Source: Meiothermus sp. (GTDB lineage: Bacteria; Deinococcota; Deinococci; Deinococcales; Thermaceae). Taken from it: 46,774 bases of DNA. Below are positions 20,793-30,753 of the stretch, piece by piece. The translations under genes and the position numbers were made by a program. The first letter of the stretch is position 1. Each line of letters opens with the position of its first letter. The stretch is from contig JANRLD010000096.1 of NCBI GenBank assembly GCA_033762915.1, forward strand, positions 1 through 46,774, in the 5' to 3' direction. The notes under the pieces were generated by a model, which did no database searches, was not told where the DNA came from, and worked only from the letters and a program-made list of their open reading frames with translations.

Positions 20793-21965
20793 GTGGATGT
20801 CCTCCCCCTGCCGCTGCTGGCGGTCTTCGCCTTCGTGCTCGGCACCCTGATTGGGTCATTCCTGAATGTGGTGATTTACCGCGTACCCGCCGGCGTCTCG
20901 GTGGTCTTTCCGCGCAGCCGCTGTCCCAAATGCGGGCACGTCCTCTCGGCGGGTGAGCTGATCCCCATCGTCTCCTGGGCGGTACAGGGTGGCAAGTGTC
21001 GTAACTGCAAGGCCCCCATCTCGCCGCGCTACGCGTTGGTGGAGGGGCTGACCGGACTGCTGTTCCTGGGCGCAGCCCTGCTCCGCCCGGTCTTCCCCGA
21101 CCTGCTCTTCATCTGGGCCTTCATTGCCCTGCTGATCGCCCTCTCGTTCATAGACTTCGACACCAAAACCCTGCCCAACTCGCTCAACTTCGGTGGTCTG
21201 GCGCTGGGTCTGGTCGGGGCCGCCGCGCTGGCCTACCCGTTGCCCGACTTCTCCCAGGCCCTCGATGCGGCCTTCATGGGGGCGGGCACCATCGCGCTGT
21301 TCGCCGGCTTCGGTGGGCTGATCTACAACAAGTTCCGAAACAGCCCCGCTGCCATTCCCGTGGGACAGCATCAGGTTCACCTGGCCGCGATGTTTGGGGC
21401 GATTGGGGGCATGGTGGGTACAGTCGGCGGGGTCTGGCTGGGGATGCTGGGCATTCTGGCTGGAGTCCTGAGCTGGATGCTCAGCGCCCGTACCGGCAAG
21501 CCCAGCGGTCTGCACGACGCCATCACCCTGGGGATCGCCGCCGTCACCCCCTTCATCGCTTGGGCGATGGGGGGAGGCGGGCTGGCCCTCGAGTCTGCCC
21601 GGGGGATGCTCATCTCCACCGGCGCCATCGCCCTGGCCGCCATGATCTACTGGTGGATTCGCAACCCCTCTGACAAAGTGACTGAGGAAGACCACGCCGA
21701 AGACCCTGGCGGCTATGTGACCGTCATGGGCTACGGCGACGTGGTGCTGGCAGGTTTTCTGGGCGCGTGGCTGGGCTTCGCCAACTTCGGGGCCGGGATC
21801 TTCCTGGCGGTCTTTGCCGGGGCCATCCTGGGTCTGATCGCCAAGCGCATCACCGGCGAGAGCACCATCCCCTTCGGGCCGTACCTGGCGATTGGGGGGC
21901 TGGTGGCCTTCTTCTACGGCGAGGCCCTAATTGGCTGGTACCTGGGCTACATCGGGGCGCAGTAG
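20793..21965 (+). CDS. pilD: Prepilin peptidase / N-methyltransferase (A24)
   Basis: GSFLNVVIYR, SRCPKC..GKCRNC Zn cysteines, ID and MGYGD aspartates, IPFGPYL; leaderless TACAAT-6nt-GTG. Confidence 0.93.
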   Translation: MDVLPLPLLAVFAFVLGTLIGSFLNVVIYRVPAGVSVVFPRSRCPKCGHVLSAGELIPIVSWAVQGGKCRNCKAPISPRYALVEGLTGLLFLGAALLRPVFPDLLFIWAFIALLIALSFIDFDTKTLPNSLNFGGLALGLVGAAALAYPLPDFSQALDAAFMGAGTIALFAGFGGLIYNKFRNSPAAIPVGQHQVHLAAMFGAIGGMVGTVGGVWLGMLGILAGVLSWMLSARTGKPSGLHDAITLGIAAVTPFIAWAMGGGGLALESARGMLISTGAIALAAMIYWWIRNPSDKVTEEDHAEDPGGYVTVMGYGDVVLAGFLGAWLGFANFGAGIFLAVFAGAILGLIAKRITGESTIPFGPYLAIGGLVAFFYGEALIGWYLGYIGAQ

Positions 21966-22212
21966 GGGAGACCGAGCGCCCTACGGCGGTTCTCGAGTTG
22001 ATTCTGGCCCTACCGACCCCGCCGATGCGGCGGGTTCTGCCCCTGCGCGTGTTCGTGGGAACCGCTCTGAGACCGAAAACTGCTCCAGCTCTCGGATAAA
22101 CCCCCTCGAGCATCCGCGACCCGCCGGGGTCAGCTCCGTCGGCAAGCGTACCGCCATCCGGTGCATTCAAGGTGCCCGCATGGAGGTGCGGGACGCCGCC
22201 CCGAAACGCCCG

Positions 22213-22302
22213 CTAGAGCGGTTCCTACGCATACTCCCTACAGCAACGCTGCAGGGAGTACATTACCTGCCGCCGCGAGGGAGGTAATGGTGGAAACGCG
22301 AT
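22213..22302 (-). mobile_element. Structured dispersed repeat (MITE-like), copy 2, shortest form
   Basis: Reverse complement reads ATCGCGTTTCCAC CATTACCTCCCTCGCGGCGGCAGGTAATG TACTCCCTGCAGCGTTGCTGTAGGGAGTA TGCGTAGGAACCGCTCTAG. Confidence 0.75.
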
Positions 22303-22439
22303 AAGGAATTGCGCCCGTGCCCGCACCGGGGCACCCCTGTGCCACTTCGGCTGGTCGGGCAAGAACCCCGGTGCAGCCTAGCCTCGCGCTGGGGTGGATG
22401 CCCTTGGACGTCGGGGATTCTGGCCCGCCCCGCTGACTC

Positions 22440-22486
22440 TAGACATCCGGTGGTTCGTACCAGTATAGTGACGAATGTAGTCTACA
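22440..22486 (+). promoter_or_regulatory. Putative promoter with palindromic operator for the sugar operon
   Basis: TAGACA-18nt-TATAGT; palindromes TGGT-N4-ACCA (22451-22462) and TGTAG-T-CTACA (22476-22486). Confidence 0.45.
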
Positions 22487-22544
22487 GTAAAAAAACCGTC
22501 GGCCCCATGCAGGATGCGGGCAGGAGCCTCCCGGAGTGCGCTGA

Positions 22545-23618
22545 ATGGCAAAAACCTGGAAAATCGCGGGCATCAACTTCGACCATATGCACATGGGCGA
22601 TCTGCTGCGGCTGGTGCATGAGCACCCCAGCGCTGAGATCGTGGGCATCGCCGACGAGAACCCGGTGCGCATGCAGAAGGCCATAGAGAACTTTGGGATT
22701 CGGCCTGAGCAGGTCTTCACCGACTTCCGCGACTGCCTCGAGGTCACCCGGCCGGACGCGGTGATTCTGTGCCCCAACACCGCCCAGCACGGCGACTACG
22801 TGGAGTGGGTGGCGCCCTACGGTGTGCATGTCCTGGTCGAAAAGCCCTTCGCGGCCTCGGTCGCCGACGCCGAGCGGATGATCGAGGCCATGCGAGCGAG
22901 CGGCAAGCGTATGGTGATCAACTGGCCGCTGGCCTGGTACCCCTCGCATCGCACCGCCAAGCGCCTGCTGGACCAGGGCACCATCGGGGAGATTCTGGAA
23001 GTCCACTTCTACGACGGCAACCGGGGGCCGCTCTACCACGTCGCCGATAAGGTCGAAGTTACGGACGAAGAGGTGAAGGCCCAGAAGTCCGGCTCCTGGT
23101 GGTACAAGAAGGCCTCGGGCGGCGGTTCGCTCCTGGACTACGTGGGGTACGGGGTCACCTTGGGGACGTGGTATCACGGCGGGGTAGCCCCCCTCGAGGT
23201 CACCACCACCACCTGGGGCGGGGCCGGCCTCGAGGTCGACGAGCACTCGGTCACGGTCTGCCGATATGCCTCGGGCCTCTCCAAGTACGAGACCCGCTGG
23301 GGCACTTTCACCGACCCCTGGATCACCCAGCCCCAGCCCAAGTGCGGCTTCGTGCTGGTGGGCACCGATGGGACGATCTCGAGCTACGACTACGAGCCGG
23401 TGGTCCGCCTCCAGACCCGCGCCCGCCGCGAGGCCCACGAGGTTGCGGTGGACGCCCTCCCGGCCCCGCACGACAACGCCATCAACCACTTCCTGCACTG
23501 CCTGGAAACGGGCGAGGCTTTCATTGGCCCCTTGCAGCCCGAGCTGTGCCTGACCGCCCAGCGGATCGTGGATGCAGCGGCGCGGTCGGCGGTGGAGAAG
23601 AGGACGGTTGTGCTGTAG
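22545..23618 (+). CDS. Gfo/Idh/MocA family oxidoreductase
   Basis: HVLVEKP, GGGSLLDYVGY; atypical Rossmann start GINFDHMH. Confidence 0.88.
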   Translation: MAKTWKIAGINFDHMHMGDLLRLVHEHPSAEIVGIADENPVRMQKAIENFGIRPEQVFTDFRDCLEVTRPDAVILCPNTAQHGDYVEWVAPYGVHVLVEKPFAASVADAERMIEAMRASGKRMVINWPLAWYPSHRTAKRLLDQGTIGEILEVHFYDGNRGPLYHVADKVEVTDEEVKAQKSGSWWYKKASGGGSLLDYVGYGVTLGTWYHGGVAPLEVTTTTWGGAGLEVDEHSVTVCRYASGLSKYETRWGTFTDPWITQPQPKCGFVLVGTDGTISSYDYEPVVRLQTRARREAHEVAVDALPAPHDNAINHFLHCLETGEAFIGPLQPELCLTAQRIVDAAARSAVEKRTVVL

Positions 23619-23639
23619 GGCTGGGGCAAGCCAAACTTT

Positions 23640-24773
23640 ATGGCCGAGAAAACCCCCTCCAAGACCGACTACGCCCTGCAGAGCAAGGCGGCCCGAACCT
23701 TGGCGGCCCCCAAGCTCTCCTACCTGCCGCCTAGGCCGAAGAAGTACAAGCCCGAGATCGGGCTGATCGGGTGCGGGGGGATCTCGGGGGCGCACCTCGA
23801 GGCGTACCAAAAGGCGGGCTTCAGGGTGGTGGCGCTGTGCGACAAGAGCCTCGAGAAGGCCGAGGCGCGGCGCAAGGAGTTCTTCCCCAAAGCCAGGGTC
23901 ACTACGCGGCCTGCAGAGTTGCTCGAAGACGATTCCATCCAGGTTCTCGACATCACCCCGCACCCCGCCGACCGGGTGCCGCTGGTGCGGAGGGCGCTCG
24001 AGGCGGGCAAGCACGTCTTGTCACAGAAGCCGTTCGTGCTCGACCTCAAGACCGGCGAACAACTCTGCGACCTGGCAGACCAGCGGGGCCTGAAGCTGGC
24101 GGTCAACCAGAACGGGCGATGGGCCCCGCACATGGCCTACATGCGCGAGGCCGTGCGCTCGGGGCTGATCGGCGAGGTGATGAGCGTCCACTGCGGGGTG
24201 CACTGGAACCACACCTGGGTGGCGGGCACGCCCTTCGAGCAGATTCACGACCTGATCTTCTACGACTTCGCCATCCACTGGTTCGACTTCCTCAGCTCGC
24301 TCATCGGCGACCGGTCACAGCGGGTGATGGCCAGCCGTCAGTTCGCCGTTGGCCAGCGCATCCGTGTCCCGATGCTGGCCCAGGCCATCATCGAGTTCAC
24401 GGGCGGTCAGGCCTCACTGGTCTTCGACGCCCACGCCGTACACGGCTCGCTCGACCACACCGTGGTTGTGGGGACGCAGGGGATGCTCACCAGCAGCGGC
24501 CCCGACCTGGGCCGGCAGACCCTCACCCTGCACACCGCCAAGGGTGCGGCGACGCCGCTACTCGAGGGCAAGTGGTTCAACGACGGCTTCGCGGGAACCA
24601 TGGGCGAGCTGCTTCTGTCGGTCGAGCAGGACCGCCAGCCGCTCAACAATGCCCGCGACAACCTGCGCTCGCTGGCCCTGTGTTTCGCCGCCATCAGCGC
24701 CGCCAACACCGGCAAGGCCGTGACGGTCGGGGCCGTGAAGAAGCTGCCGCAGAGGCCGAAGGCCCAGAGCTGA
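23640..24773 (+). CDS. Gfo/Idh/MocA family oxidoreductase
   Basis: IGLIGCGGI, HVLSQKP, DFAIHWFD. Confidence 0.9.
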   Translation: MAEKTPSKTDYALQSKAARTLAAPKLSYLPPRPKKYKPEIGLIGCGGISGAHLEAYQKAGFRVVALCDKSLEKAEARRKEFFPKARVTTRPAELLEDDSIQVLDITPHPADRVPLVRRALEAGKHVLSQKPFVLDLKTGEQLCDLADQRGLKLAVNQNGRWAPHMAYMREAVRSGLIGEVMSVHCGVHWNHTWVAGTPFEQIHDLIFYDFAIHWFDFLSSLIGDRSQRVMASRQFAVGQRIRVPMLAQAIIEFTGGQASLVFDAHAVHGSLDHTVVVGTQGMLTSSGPDLGRQTLTLHTAKGAATPLLEGKWFNDGFAGTMGELLLSVEQDRQPLNNARDNLRSLALCFAAISAANTGKAVTVGAVKKLPQRPKAQS

Positions 24774-24923
24774 TCGCGCACGTTTTGACCCAAACATGGT
24801 CCGCCTATGAACGACCCCCGTTCCCCACCCCTGGCGCGCAGAGTTTTCCCTCTGCGACAGTTCCGTCCGGCAAAACGCTAGTAGCTGACCGCTAATGGCC
24901 AATCGCTCAACGAGGAGGCACGC

Positions 24924-26000
24924 ATGGTACAGAAGTTTGCTCGAGGGTTTATCGCGGTTTCGACGGTGGCAATTCTGGGGGCGCTGACCGCGCTCTCCTT
25001 CCAGCCCGCCCAGGCCCAGGGCCAGACCTTCAAGGTGGGGGTCTCCAACGGCTTCGTGGGCTCGGAGTGGCGCACCCAGATGCTCGACGGTATCAAAGAA
25101 GTGGCCGCCGCCTACACCAAGGCTGGTACCAAGATCGACCTGGTGATCCAGAGCGCCGACGTGGACGTGCAGGGCCAGGTGCAGCAGATCCGCAACCTGA
25201 TCAGCCAGGGCGTCAACGGCATCATCATCAACCCCAATTCCCAGACCGCCCTCAATCCCGTGATCAAGGAGGCCACCGACGCTGGCATCAAGGTGGTGGT
25301 GGTGGATCAAGAGGTCTCGGCCCCCACCGCCGTCAACGTGGCCATCGACCAGCGGGCCTGGGCCAAGGACAAGATGGACTGGCTGGCCCGCACCCTGGGC
25401 GGCCGGGGCAACGTGGTGGTGGTCAACGGTATCGATGGCCACCCTGCCAACGAGGCCAGAGAGGCCGGCATCGCCGACTCGCTGAAAACCTACCCCAACA
25501 TCAAGGTCTTGAACACCATCTACGGCGACTGGGACCAAGCCAAGGCCCAGCAGGCGGTGAGCGCGGTGCTGGCCTCTCAGCCCAACATCGACGGCATTTT
25601 CTCGCAGGACGGCATGGCCCAGGGCGTGCTGCGTGCCCTGATTGCGGCCAAGCCCGCCAAGATGCCGGCGGTTTCCGGCGAAGCCTACGTGGGCTACATG
25701 AAGCTGTGGACCCAGATCAAGCGCGACTACCCCAGCTTTCAGTCCTACGGTCTGGCCAACCCTCCCGGCGTGGGCGCCTCGGGCCTGCGGGTGCTGGTCG
25801 GCTTGATGCAGGGCAGGCAGTTTAAGGACGGCGTGCTCAGGGGCGCGTCCAGGAACACCGTCTTTGTGCGGGTTCCCGCCCGCGTCTCCGATAACTCGCT
25901 GGCCGACACCCTCTCCCGCCTGGTCCGGCAAGGCAAGGCCGACACCTACACCATGGACGGCTTCCTCAACCCCACCGAGACCGCCGCCCTGTTCCGCTAA
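24924..26000 (+). CDS. Monosaccharide (CUT2) ABC transporter substrate-binding protein
   Basis: Signal peptide ending AQA; periplasmic binding protein type-1 pattern (SNGFVGSEWR, GDWD, SQDG). Confidence 0.9.
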   Translation: MVQKFARGFIAVSTVAILGALTALSFQPAQAQGQTFKVGVSNGFVGSEWRTQMLDGIKEVAAAYTKAGTKIDLVIQSADVDVQGQVQQIRNLISQGVNGIIINPNSQTALNPVIKEATDAGIKVVVVDQEVSAPTAVNVAIDQRAWAKDKMDWLARTLGGRGNVVVVNGIDGHPANEAREAGIADSLKTYPNIKVLNTIYGDWDQAKAQQAVSAVLASQPNIDGIFSQDGMAQGVLRALIAAKPAKMPAVSGEAYVGYMKLWTQIKRDYPSFQSYGLANPPGVGASGLRVLVGLMQGRQFKDGVLRGASRNTVFVRVPARVSDNSLADTLSRLVRQGKADTYTMDGFLNPTETAALFR

Positions 26001-26009
26001 GCACCGGCT

Positions 26010-26048
26010 GTAGGGGGGACGGGTTCGACCGATCCCCCCTACTTTTTT
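26010..26048 (+). terminator. Intra-operon hairpin/terminator after the binding-protein gene
   Basis: GTAGGGGGGA..TCCCCCCTAC stem followed by T6. Confidence 0.7.
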
Positions 26049-26118
26049 CGGCTAGGCGCCTCTCGCCCGGCCCCCTTTGGAACAAGTTTTCCTGCGGTCC
26101 ACAAATCCGGAAACTTCT

Positions 26119-27663
26119 ATGGATCTCCTTTTGCAGGCCCACAACCTCACCAAGCGCTACGGGGCCACGGTGGCCCTCTCGGAGGCCGACTTCGAGCTGC
26201 GTGCAGGTGAGGTGCACGCCCTGCTGGGCTCCAACGGCTCGGGTAAATCCACGCTGAGCAAGATCGTCACTGGGCTGGTCGCCCCCGACGCGGGCGAGCT
26301 GAGGGTCGGGGGACAGCCGCGGCGCTTCGCCTCGCCGGCCCAGGCCCGCGCGCGGGGCATCGCGGCGGTCTACCAGGAGCTCTCGCTGGTGCCGGACATG
26401 TCGGTGCAGGACAACCTCTGGCTGGGGCACGAGATCGGCGGTCTGCTGGGCATCAACGCCAGGGAGACCGCCCGGAAAACCGACGAACTCCTGGCCCTGT
26501 TCCGCCCCGTGGCCGGTCCCCGCTTTCGGGCCCAGACCCCGGTGGCCGAACTCGCCCCCGACGAGCGGCAACTGGTCGAGATCCTCAAGGCGGTGGGCAA
26601 CCGCCCGCGCATCCTAATCCTCGACGAGGCCACCGCTAGCCTGGGGGCCCGGCAGGTCGACCGGCTCTTCGAGCTGGTGAGCGGGTGGAAGGCCGAGGGC
26701 CTGGGCATCGTGATCGTCACCCACCGCATGGAGGAAATCTTCAGGATTGCCGACCGCGCCACGGTCCTGCGCAACGGCAGGGTGGTGGGCTCGGTGGAGA
26801 TGAAGGACACCACCCGCGCGGCCCTGGTCGGGCTGATCTCCGGCGAGGCCAAGCGGGCCCTACAGGTCGAGGCCAAGGCCCCGGCCGGCCGCTCCCTGCC
26901 CGCCCTCGAGCTTTCCCTGCGCGCGGCCGAGCGGCTGGAGGCTCTCGAGCTTCAGGTCTACCCGGGCGAGGTCCTGGGCCTGGGCGGGCTACAGGGCCAG
27001 GGCCAGCGCGAGCTGCTGCTGGCCCTGTTCGGCGCGCTGACGATGGTGGGCGAGCTAAAGGTGGGGGGGCGGCCACACCGCTTCGCCCACCCCGCCGAGG
27101 CCATGCGCCAGGGTCTGGCCTATGTCCCCGGCGACCGCAACCGCGAGGGGCTGCTGGCCACCCGTTCCATCTTCGAGAACTTCATGCTGCCAGCCTGGGA
27201 CGGCTACAAGACCGGCACCGTGCTCCAGGTGGAGCGCGCCCAAAAAGCCGTCATCGAGACGGGCGAGCGCCTCAAGCTGAAGTACGGCGGCCTCGAGCTG
27301 CCCATCACCTCGCTCTCCGGCGGCAACGCCCAGAAGGTGGTGCTGGGCAAGTGGCTGTTGCGCCACCCCAAGGTCTTGCTGCTCGACGACCCCACCAAGG
27401 GCATCGACGTGGGCGCGAAGGCCGAGTTCTACCACCTGCTCAACGACCTCCGTGCCGAGGGCATGGCGGTGATCTTCAACTCCTCCGACGAGGACGAACT
27501 GCTGAGCCTCTGCGACCGGGTGCTGGTGATGCTCGAGGGCTGCATCGTGGCCGAACTGTCCGGCGCGGCCTTGAACCGCGCGGCGCTGGTCGAGGCGAGC
27601 CTGGGGCTAAAAGGCGAGGAAGGAGCAAAGACCATCGGGGGAGGGGAAGCCTCGAGACCCTAG
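26119..27663 (+). CDS. CUT2 sugar ABC transporter ATP-binding protein (duplicated NBD)
   Basis: GSNGSGKST, ILDEAT, LSGGNAQKV, DDPTKGIDVGAK. Confidence 0.95.
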   Translation: MDLLLQAHNLTKRYGATVALSEADFELRAGEVHALLGSNGSGKSTLSKIVTGLVAPDAGELRVGGQPRRFASPAQARARGIAAVYQELSLVPDMSVQDNLWLGHEIGGLLGINARETARKTDELLALFRPVAGPRFRAQTPVAELAPDERQLVEILKAVGNRPRILILDEATASLGARQVDRLFELVSGWKAEGLGIVIVTHRMEEIFRIADRATVLRNGRVVGSVEMKDTTRAALVGLISGEAKRALQVEAKAPAGRSLPALELSLRAAERLEALELQVYPGEVLGLGGLQGQGQRELLLALFGALTMVGELKVGGRPHRFAHPAEAMRQGLAYVPGDRNREGLLATRSIFENFMLPAWDGYKTGTVLQVERAQKAVIETGERLKLKYGGLELPITSLSGGNAQKVVLGKWLLRHPKVLLLDDPTKGIDVGAKAEFYHLLNDLRAEGMAVIFNSSDEDELLSLCDRVLVMLEGCIVAELSGAALNRAALVEASLGLKGEEGAKTIGGGEASRP

Positions 27664-27684
27664 TTGTCGCCCTCCCTTACCTCC

Positions 27685-28674
27685 ATGACTTCTATGAAGC
27701 GCTTAACCTCCCAGCTTGTTGCCCAACCCTACTTCCTGGCCCTGGTCCTGATGATTGTGGGTTTCGCCGTTATTGCACTGTTTCAGCCCAATTTCTTCCA
27801 GCCGCGCACCTTCGGGAATAACCTGCGCTCCTACCTGCCGCTGATCTGCCTGGCGGTGGCCCAGACGATCGTGGTGATCGGCGGCGGGATTGACCTCTCG
27901 CTTGGGGCCATGCTGACGCTCAGCAGCGTGGTGATGGTGCGAACCTTCGGCCCAGAGTTCGAGGTGCCGCCCGACCGGATCGCCGCCGGGATTCTGCTGG
28001 GGCTGCTGGTGGCGACGCTGGCGGGTGCGGTCAACGGGTGGATTGTGGCCTACCTGCGCTTACAGCCCATCATCGCCACCTTCGCCACCTCCTTCGTGTG
28101 GGGTGGGCTGGCGCTGTGGGTGCTGCCGCAGCCGGGGGGCAACGTGCCACAGGGGCTGCAAGACCTAGTGCGCCTCAACGCGCTCCTGCCCTTCACGCTG
28201 TGGGTGGTGCTGTTCTTCGGGCTCGGCTGGTACTTTTTCCTGCGCACCAAGGGCGCCAAGGCGCTCTTCGCAGTGGGCGGCAATCCCCAGGCCGCCTACG
28301 CCTCGGGGGTCAACGTAGACCTGACCCGGCTGCTCAGCTACGCGGGGGGCGGCTTCTTCACCGGCGTGGGGGCTTTGTTCCTGGTGGGTGACGTGGCCAC
28401 TGGCGACCCGCTGATCGGCGCGCCGCTGACCCTGGCCAGCGTGGTGACGGTGGTGATCGGGGGGACGCGCCTCTCGGGCGGGGCAGGCGGCATCTACGGC
28501 AGCATGATGGGGGCGGCGGTCTACTACCTGCTGATCAACGTGGTGGCGCTGGCGGTGATCCGCTTCGGCTGGTCGTCGCAGCTCCAGACCCTACTGACCG
28601 GCATTGTGATCGTGCTGGCACTGGCGGGGCCGGGGCTGGTCTATCTGACCCAGCAACTGCGGAGGCGGGCATGA
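27685..28674 (+). CDS. Sugar ABC transporter permease
   Basis: GGIDLS, PIIAT, AVGGNPQAAYASGV, VVIGGTRLSGG; exact start uncertain (27685 or 27694). Confidence 0.92.
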   Translation: MTSMKRLTSQLVAQPYFLALVLMIVGFAVIALFQPNFFQPRTFGNNLRSYLPLICLAVAQTIVVIGGGIDLSLGAMLTLSSVVMVRTFGPEFEVPPDRIAAGILLGLLVATLAGAVNGWIVAYLRLQPIIATFATSFVWGGLALWVLPQPGGNVPQGLQDLVRLNALLPFTLWVVLFFGLGWYFFLRTKGAKALFAVGGNPQAAYASGVNVDLTRLLSYAGGGFFTGVGALFLVGDVATGDPLIGAPLTLASVVTVVIGGTRLSGGAGGIYGSMMGAAVYYLLINVVALAVIRFGWSSQLQTLLTGIVIVLALAGPGLVYLTQQLRRRA

Positions 28675-29642
28675 CTCGAGGTAAGCCCTCCGGGTTGCTG
28701 TCAGCCCTGCTCACCCCGCCGGTCATCGCCCTGGCCCTGGCCCTGTTGCTGCTGCTGCTGGGCGAGCTGTACCGGCCCGGCTTCGCCTCCCTCGAGCAGA
28801 TCGCCAACATCCTGCGCATCGCAGCCTTCCTGGGCATTGTGGCCATCGGGCAGACCCTAGTTATCTTGGCAGGCGGCGAGGGCATAGACCTCTCGGTGGG
28901 GGCGGTGGTGACGCTGGGCGCGATCATCATCTACCGCTTCACCGGCGGTTCCGACGCACTGCTGCTGCCCGCGCTGCTGCTCTCGCTGGGGGTGGGTTTT
29001 GCCATCGGGCTGATTAATGGCGTCGGGGTGGCCTGGATCAGGATTCCGCCGCTGGTGATGACGCTGGGCATGACGGCGGTGGTGAAGGGCCTGATCCTGG
29101 TTTACACCGGGGGCCGCCCGCAAGGGGCTACGCCGCCCTCGATGAAGGCCATCATCTCCGACCCCTGGGTTCTGGGCATCCCTGGCGACGTGTTCATCTG
29201 GGTCATTCTGGGCCTGGGTGTGACTTTTCTGCTCCAGCGCACCGCCTACGGCAAGGCCCTCTACGCCATTGGCTCCAACCGCACTACAGCCCGCCTCTCC
29301 GGCATCCGGGTCGAGCGGATGCTGATCCTCACCTACGGACTCTCGGGCCTGTTCTCGGCGCTGGGCGGCTTCGTGCTGCTGGGCTACCTGCAAAACGTCT
29401 TCATCAACCTGGGCGACCAGTACACCCTCCCCACCATCGCCGCCGTGGTGGTGGGCGGCACCGCGCTAGCGGGCGGCATCGGCGGCTACGCGGGCACCAT
29501 GTCCGGAGCGCTGCTGCTCACCCTGATCGCCAGCCTGCTCTTCACCCTGGGCCTGCCGGAGTTCGGGCGGCAGATCGTCTACGGGCTGATCCTGCTGGTG
29601 CTGCTGGCGGTGTATGGGCGGGGCCGGAGGTTGCGGGGTTAA
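28671..29642 (+). CDS. Sugar ABC transporter permease
   Basis: GIDLSVG, PPLVMTLG, AIGSNRTTARLSGI, VVVGGTALAGG. Confidence 0.92.
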   Translation: MTRGKPSGLLSALLTPPVIALALALLLLLLGELYRPGFASLEQIANILRIAAFLGIVAIGQTLVILAGGEGIDLSVGAVVTLGAIIIYRFTGGSDALLLPALLLSLGVGFAIGLINGVGVAWIRIPPLVMTLGMTAVVKGLILVYTGGRPQGATPPSMKAIISDPWVLGIPGDVFIWVILGLGVTFLLQRTAYGKALYAIGSNRTTARLSGIRVERMLILTYGLSGLFSALGGFVLLGYLQNVFINLGDQYTLPTIAAVVVGGTALAGGIGGYAGTMSGALLLTLIASLLFTLGLPEFGRQIVYGLILLVLLAVYGRGRRLRG

Positions 29643-29745
29643 GGTAGAAGCGATGAGCGCCCGAGCCCCACGCCTATCTGGCCTCGAGCCCCGCGCCTGT
29701 GACCAATTCGACGCGCGGGGCTGGTCGAACCAATACACTTGGGCT

Positions 29746-29955
29746 GTGAATCGGGTGCTTCTGGGGATTCGGGGGATGGAGCGGTCGGAACAGGCCGAAA
29801 AGGTGATGATGGCCCTGCGCCGGGTTGACGGCGTGGCCAGCATCCGGCCTGGCGACACCGGCCAGCTCGAGGTCGAATACGATCCCTACAAGCTCACCGT
29901 GATGGATCTAATCCGCACCGTGCGGGAGCAGGGTTTCCTGGCGGGCATGCTGTAG
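29746..29955 (+). CDS. HMA-fold small protein lacking CxxC
   Basis: LGIRGM..KVMMALRRVDGV..VEYDP..LIRTVREQGF pattern; leaderless TACACT-6nt-GTG. Confidence 0.7.
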   Translation: MNRVLLGIRGMERSEQAEKVMMALRRVDGVASIRPGDTGQLEVEYDPYKLTVMDLIRTVREQGFLAGML

Positions 29956-30150
29956 GACGCCAAAGGGCGCAGGTCAAGTCTTCGGAACATCACGCCTTCG
30001 GCAGTCTGCTTCCCAGCTGGCCCACAGCGGCTCTCGAGTTGATTCCGGCGACACCGGCCCCGCAGATGCAGCGCAAGAGGTGGACCCAGAGACGGCGGCA
30101 ACGGCTCGAGGGATTGCGTCAGGGTCTGACGGTTTATGGTGCCTCCGCCC

Positions 30151-30672
30151 TCAAAAACTGCTCAGCGTCAGCTTGAGGTACTCCTTGGGGAACGGCTTGC
30201 GCCAGATTTCGCCCACGCACTCCTCCTCGGCCTCGAGGCTCAAGCGGGTGATTTTCCACATCACCATCACCTCCTCGGTGTCCCACTCGCTGAAGGAGCG
30301 CAGGCTGCCTTCCGAGCCGTCGTAGTCGAGGGTGGGCTGGCCGAAGTGGTGGGCCAGGTGGCCCCTGACGTTGGCGTAAAACTCGTCTAGACCGACGCCC
30401 TCGGCCTTCTGGGGGCGGAACTCGATCAGCCGCAGTGCCCGCTTCTCGGGAATGAAGGTCTCTTCAAGGATGAACTTGCCGGCAATCTGGCAGGGCAGGC
30501 CGTCCAGGCACACCTGGTTGTCCCAGGCCAGGGTGATCTTGTCCGGGCGCATGGTCTCGAGGCCCAGCAGGGCGCGGGCCTCGCGGTGGCCGATGTTCCA
30601 GGGCAGCAGCTTGCCCAGGTTTTCCAGACAGACCCCCTCGGACAGGGTGGCTAGGCTAAGGTCGGCGGTCAT
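30151..30672 (-). CDS. Hypothetical protein
   Basis: 173-aa ORF with host-like GC3; TACACT 8 nt upstream of ATG. Confidence 0.7.
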   Translation of the reverse strand: MTADLSLATLSEGVCLENLGKLLPWNIGHREARALLGLETMRPDKITLAWDNQVCLDGLPCQIAGKFILEETFIPEKRALRLIEFRPQKAEGVGLDEFYANVRGHLAHHFGQPTLDYDGSEGSLRSFSEWDTEEVMVMWKITRLSLEAEEECVGEIWRKPFPKEYLKLTLSSF

Positions 30673-30753
30673 ACCGCTCGAGTGTAGCGCCCGGTGGACA
30701 CAGAGCCGGGTAATTTCCTCATAACTTGGCCGATGACCTGTAAACTACCCCTC

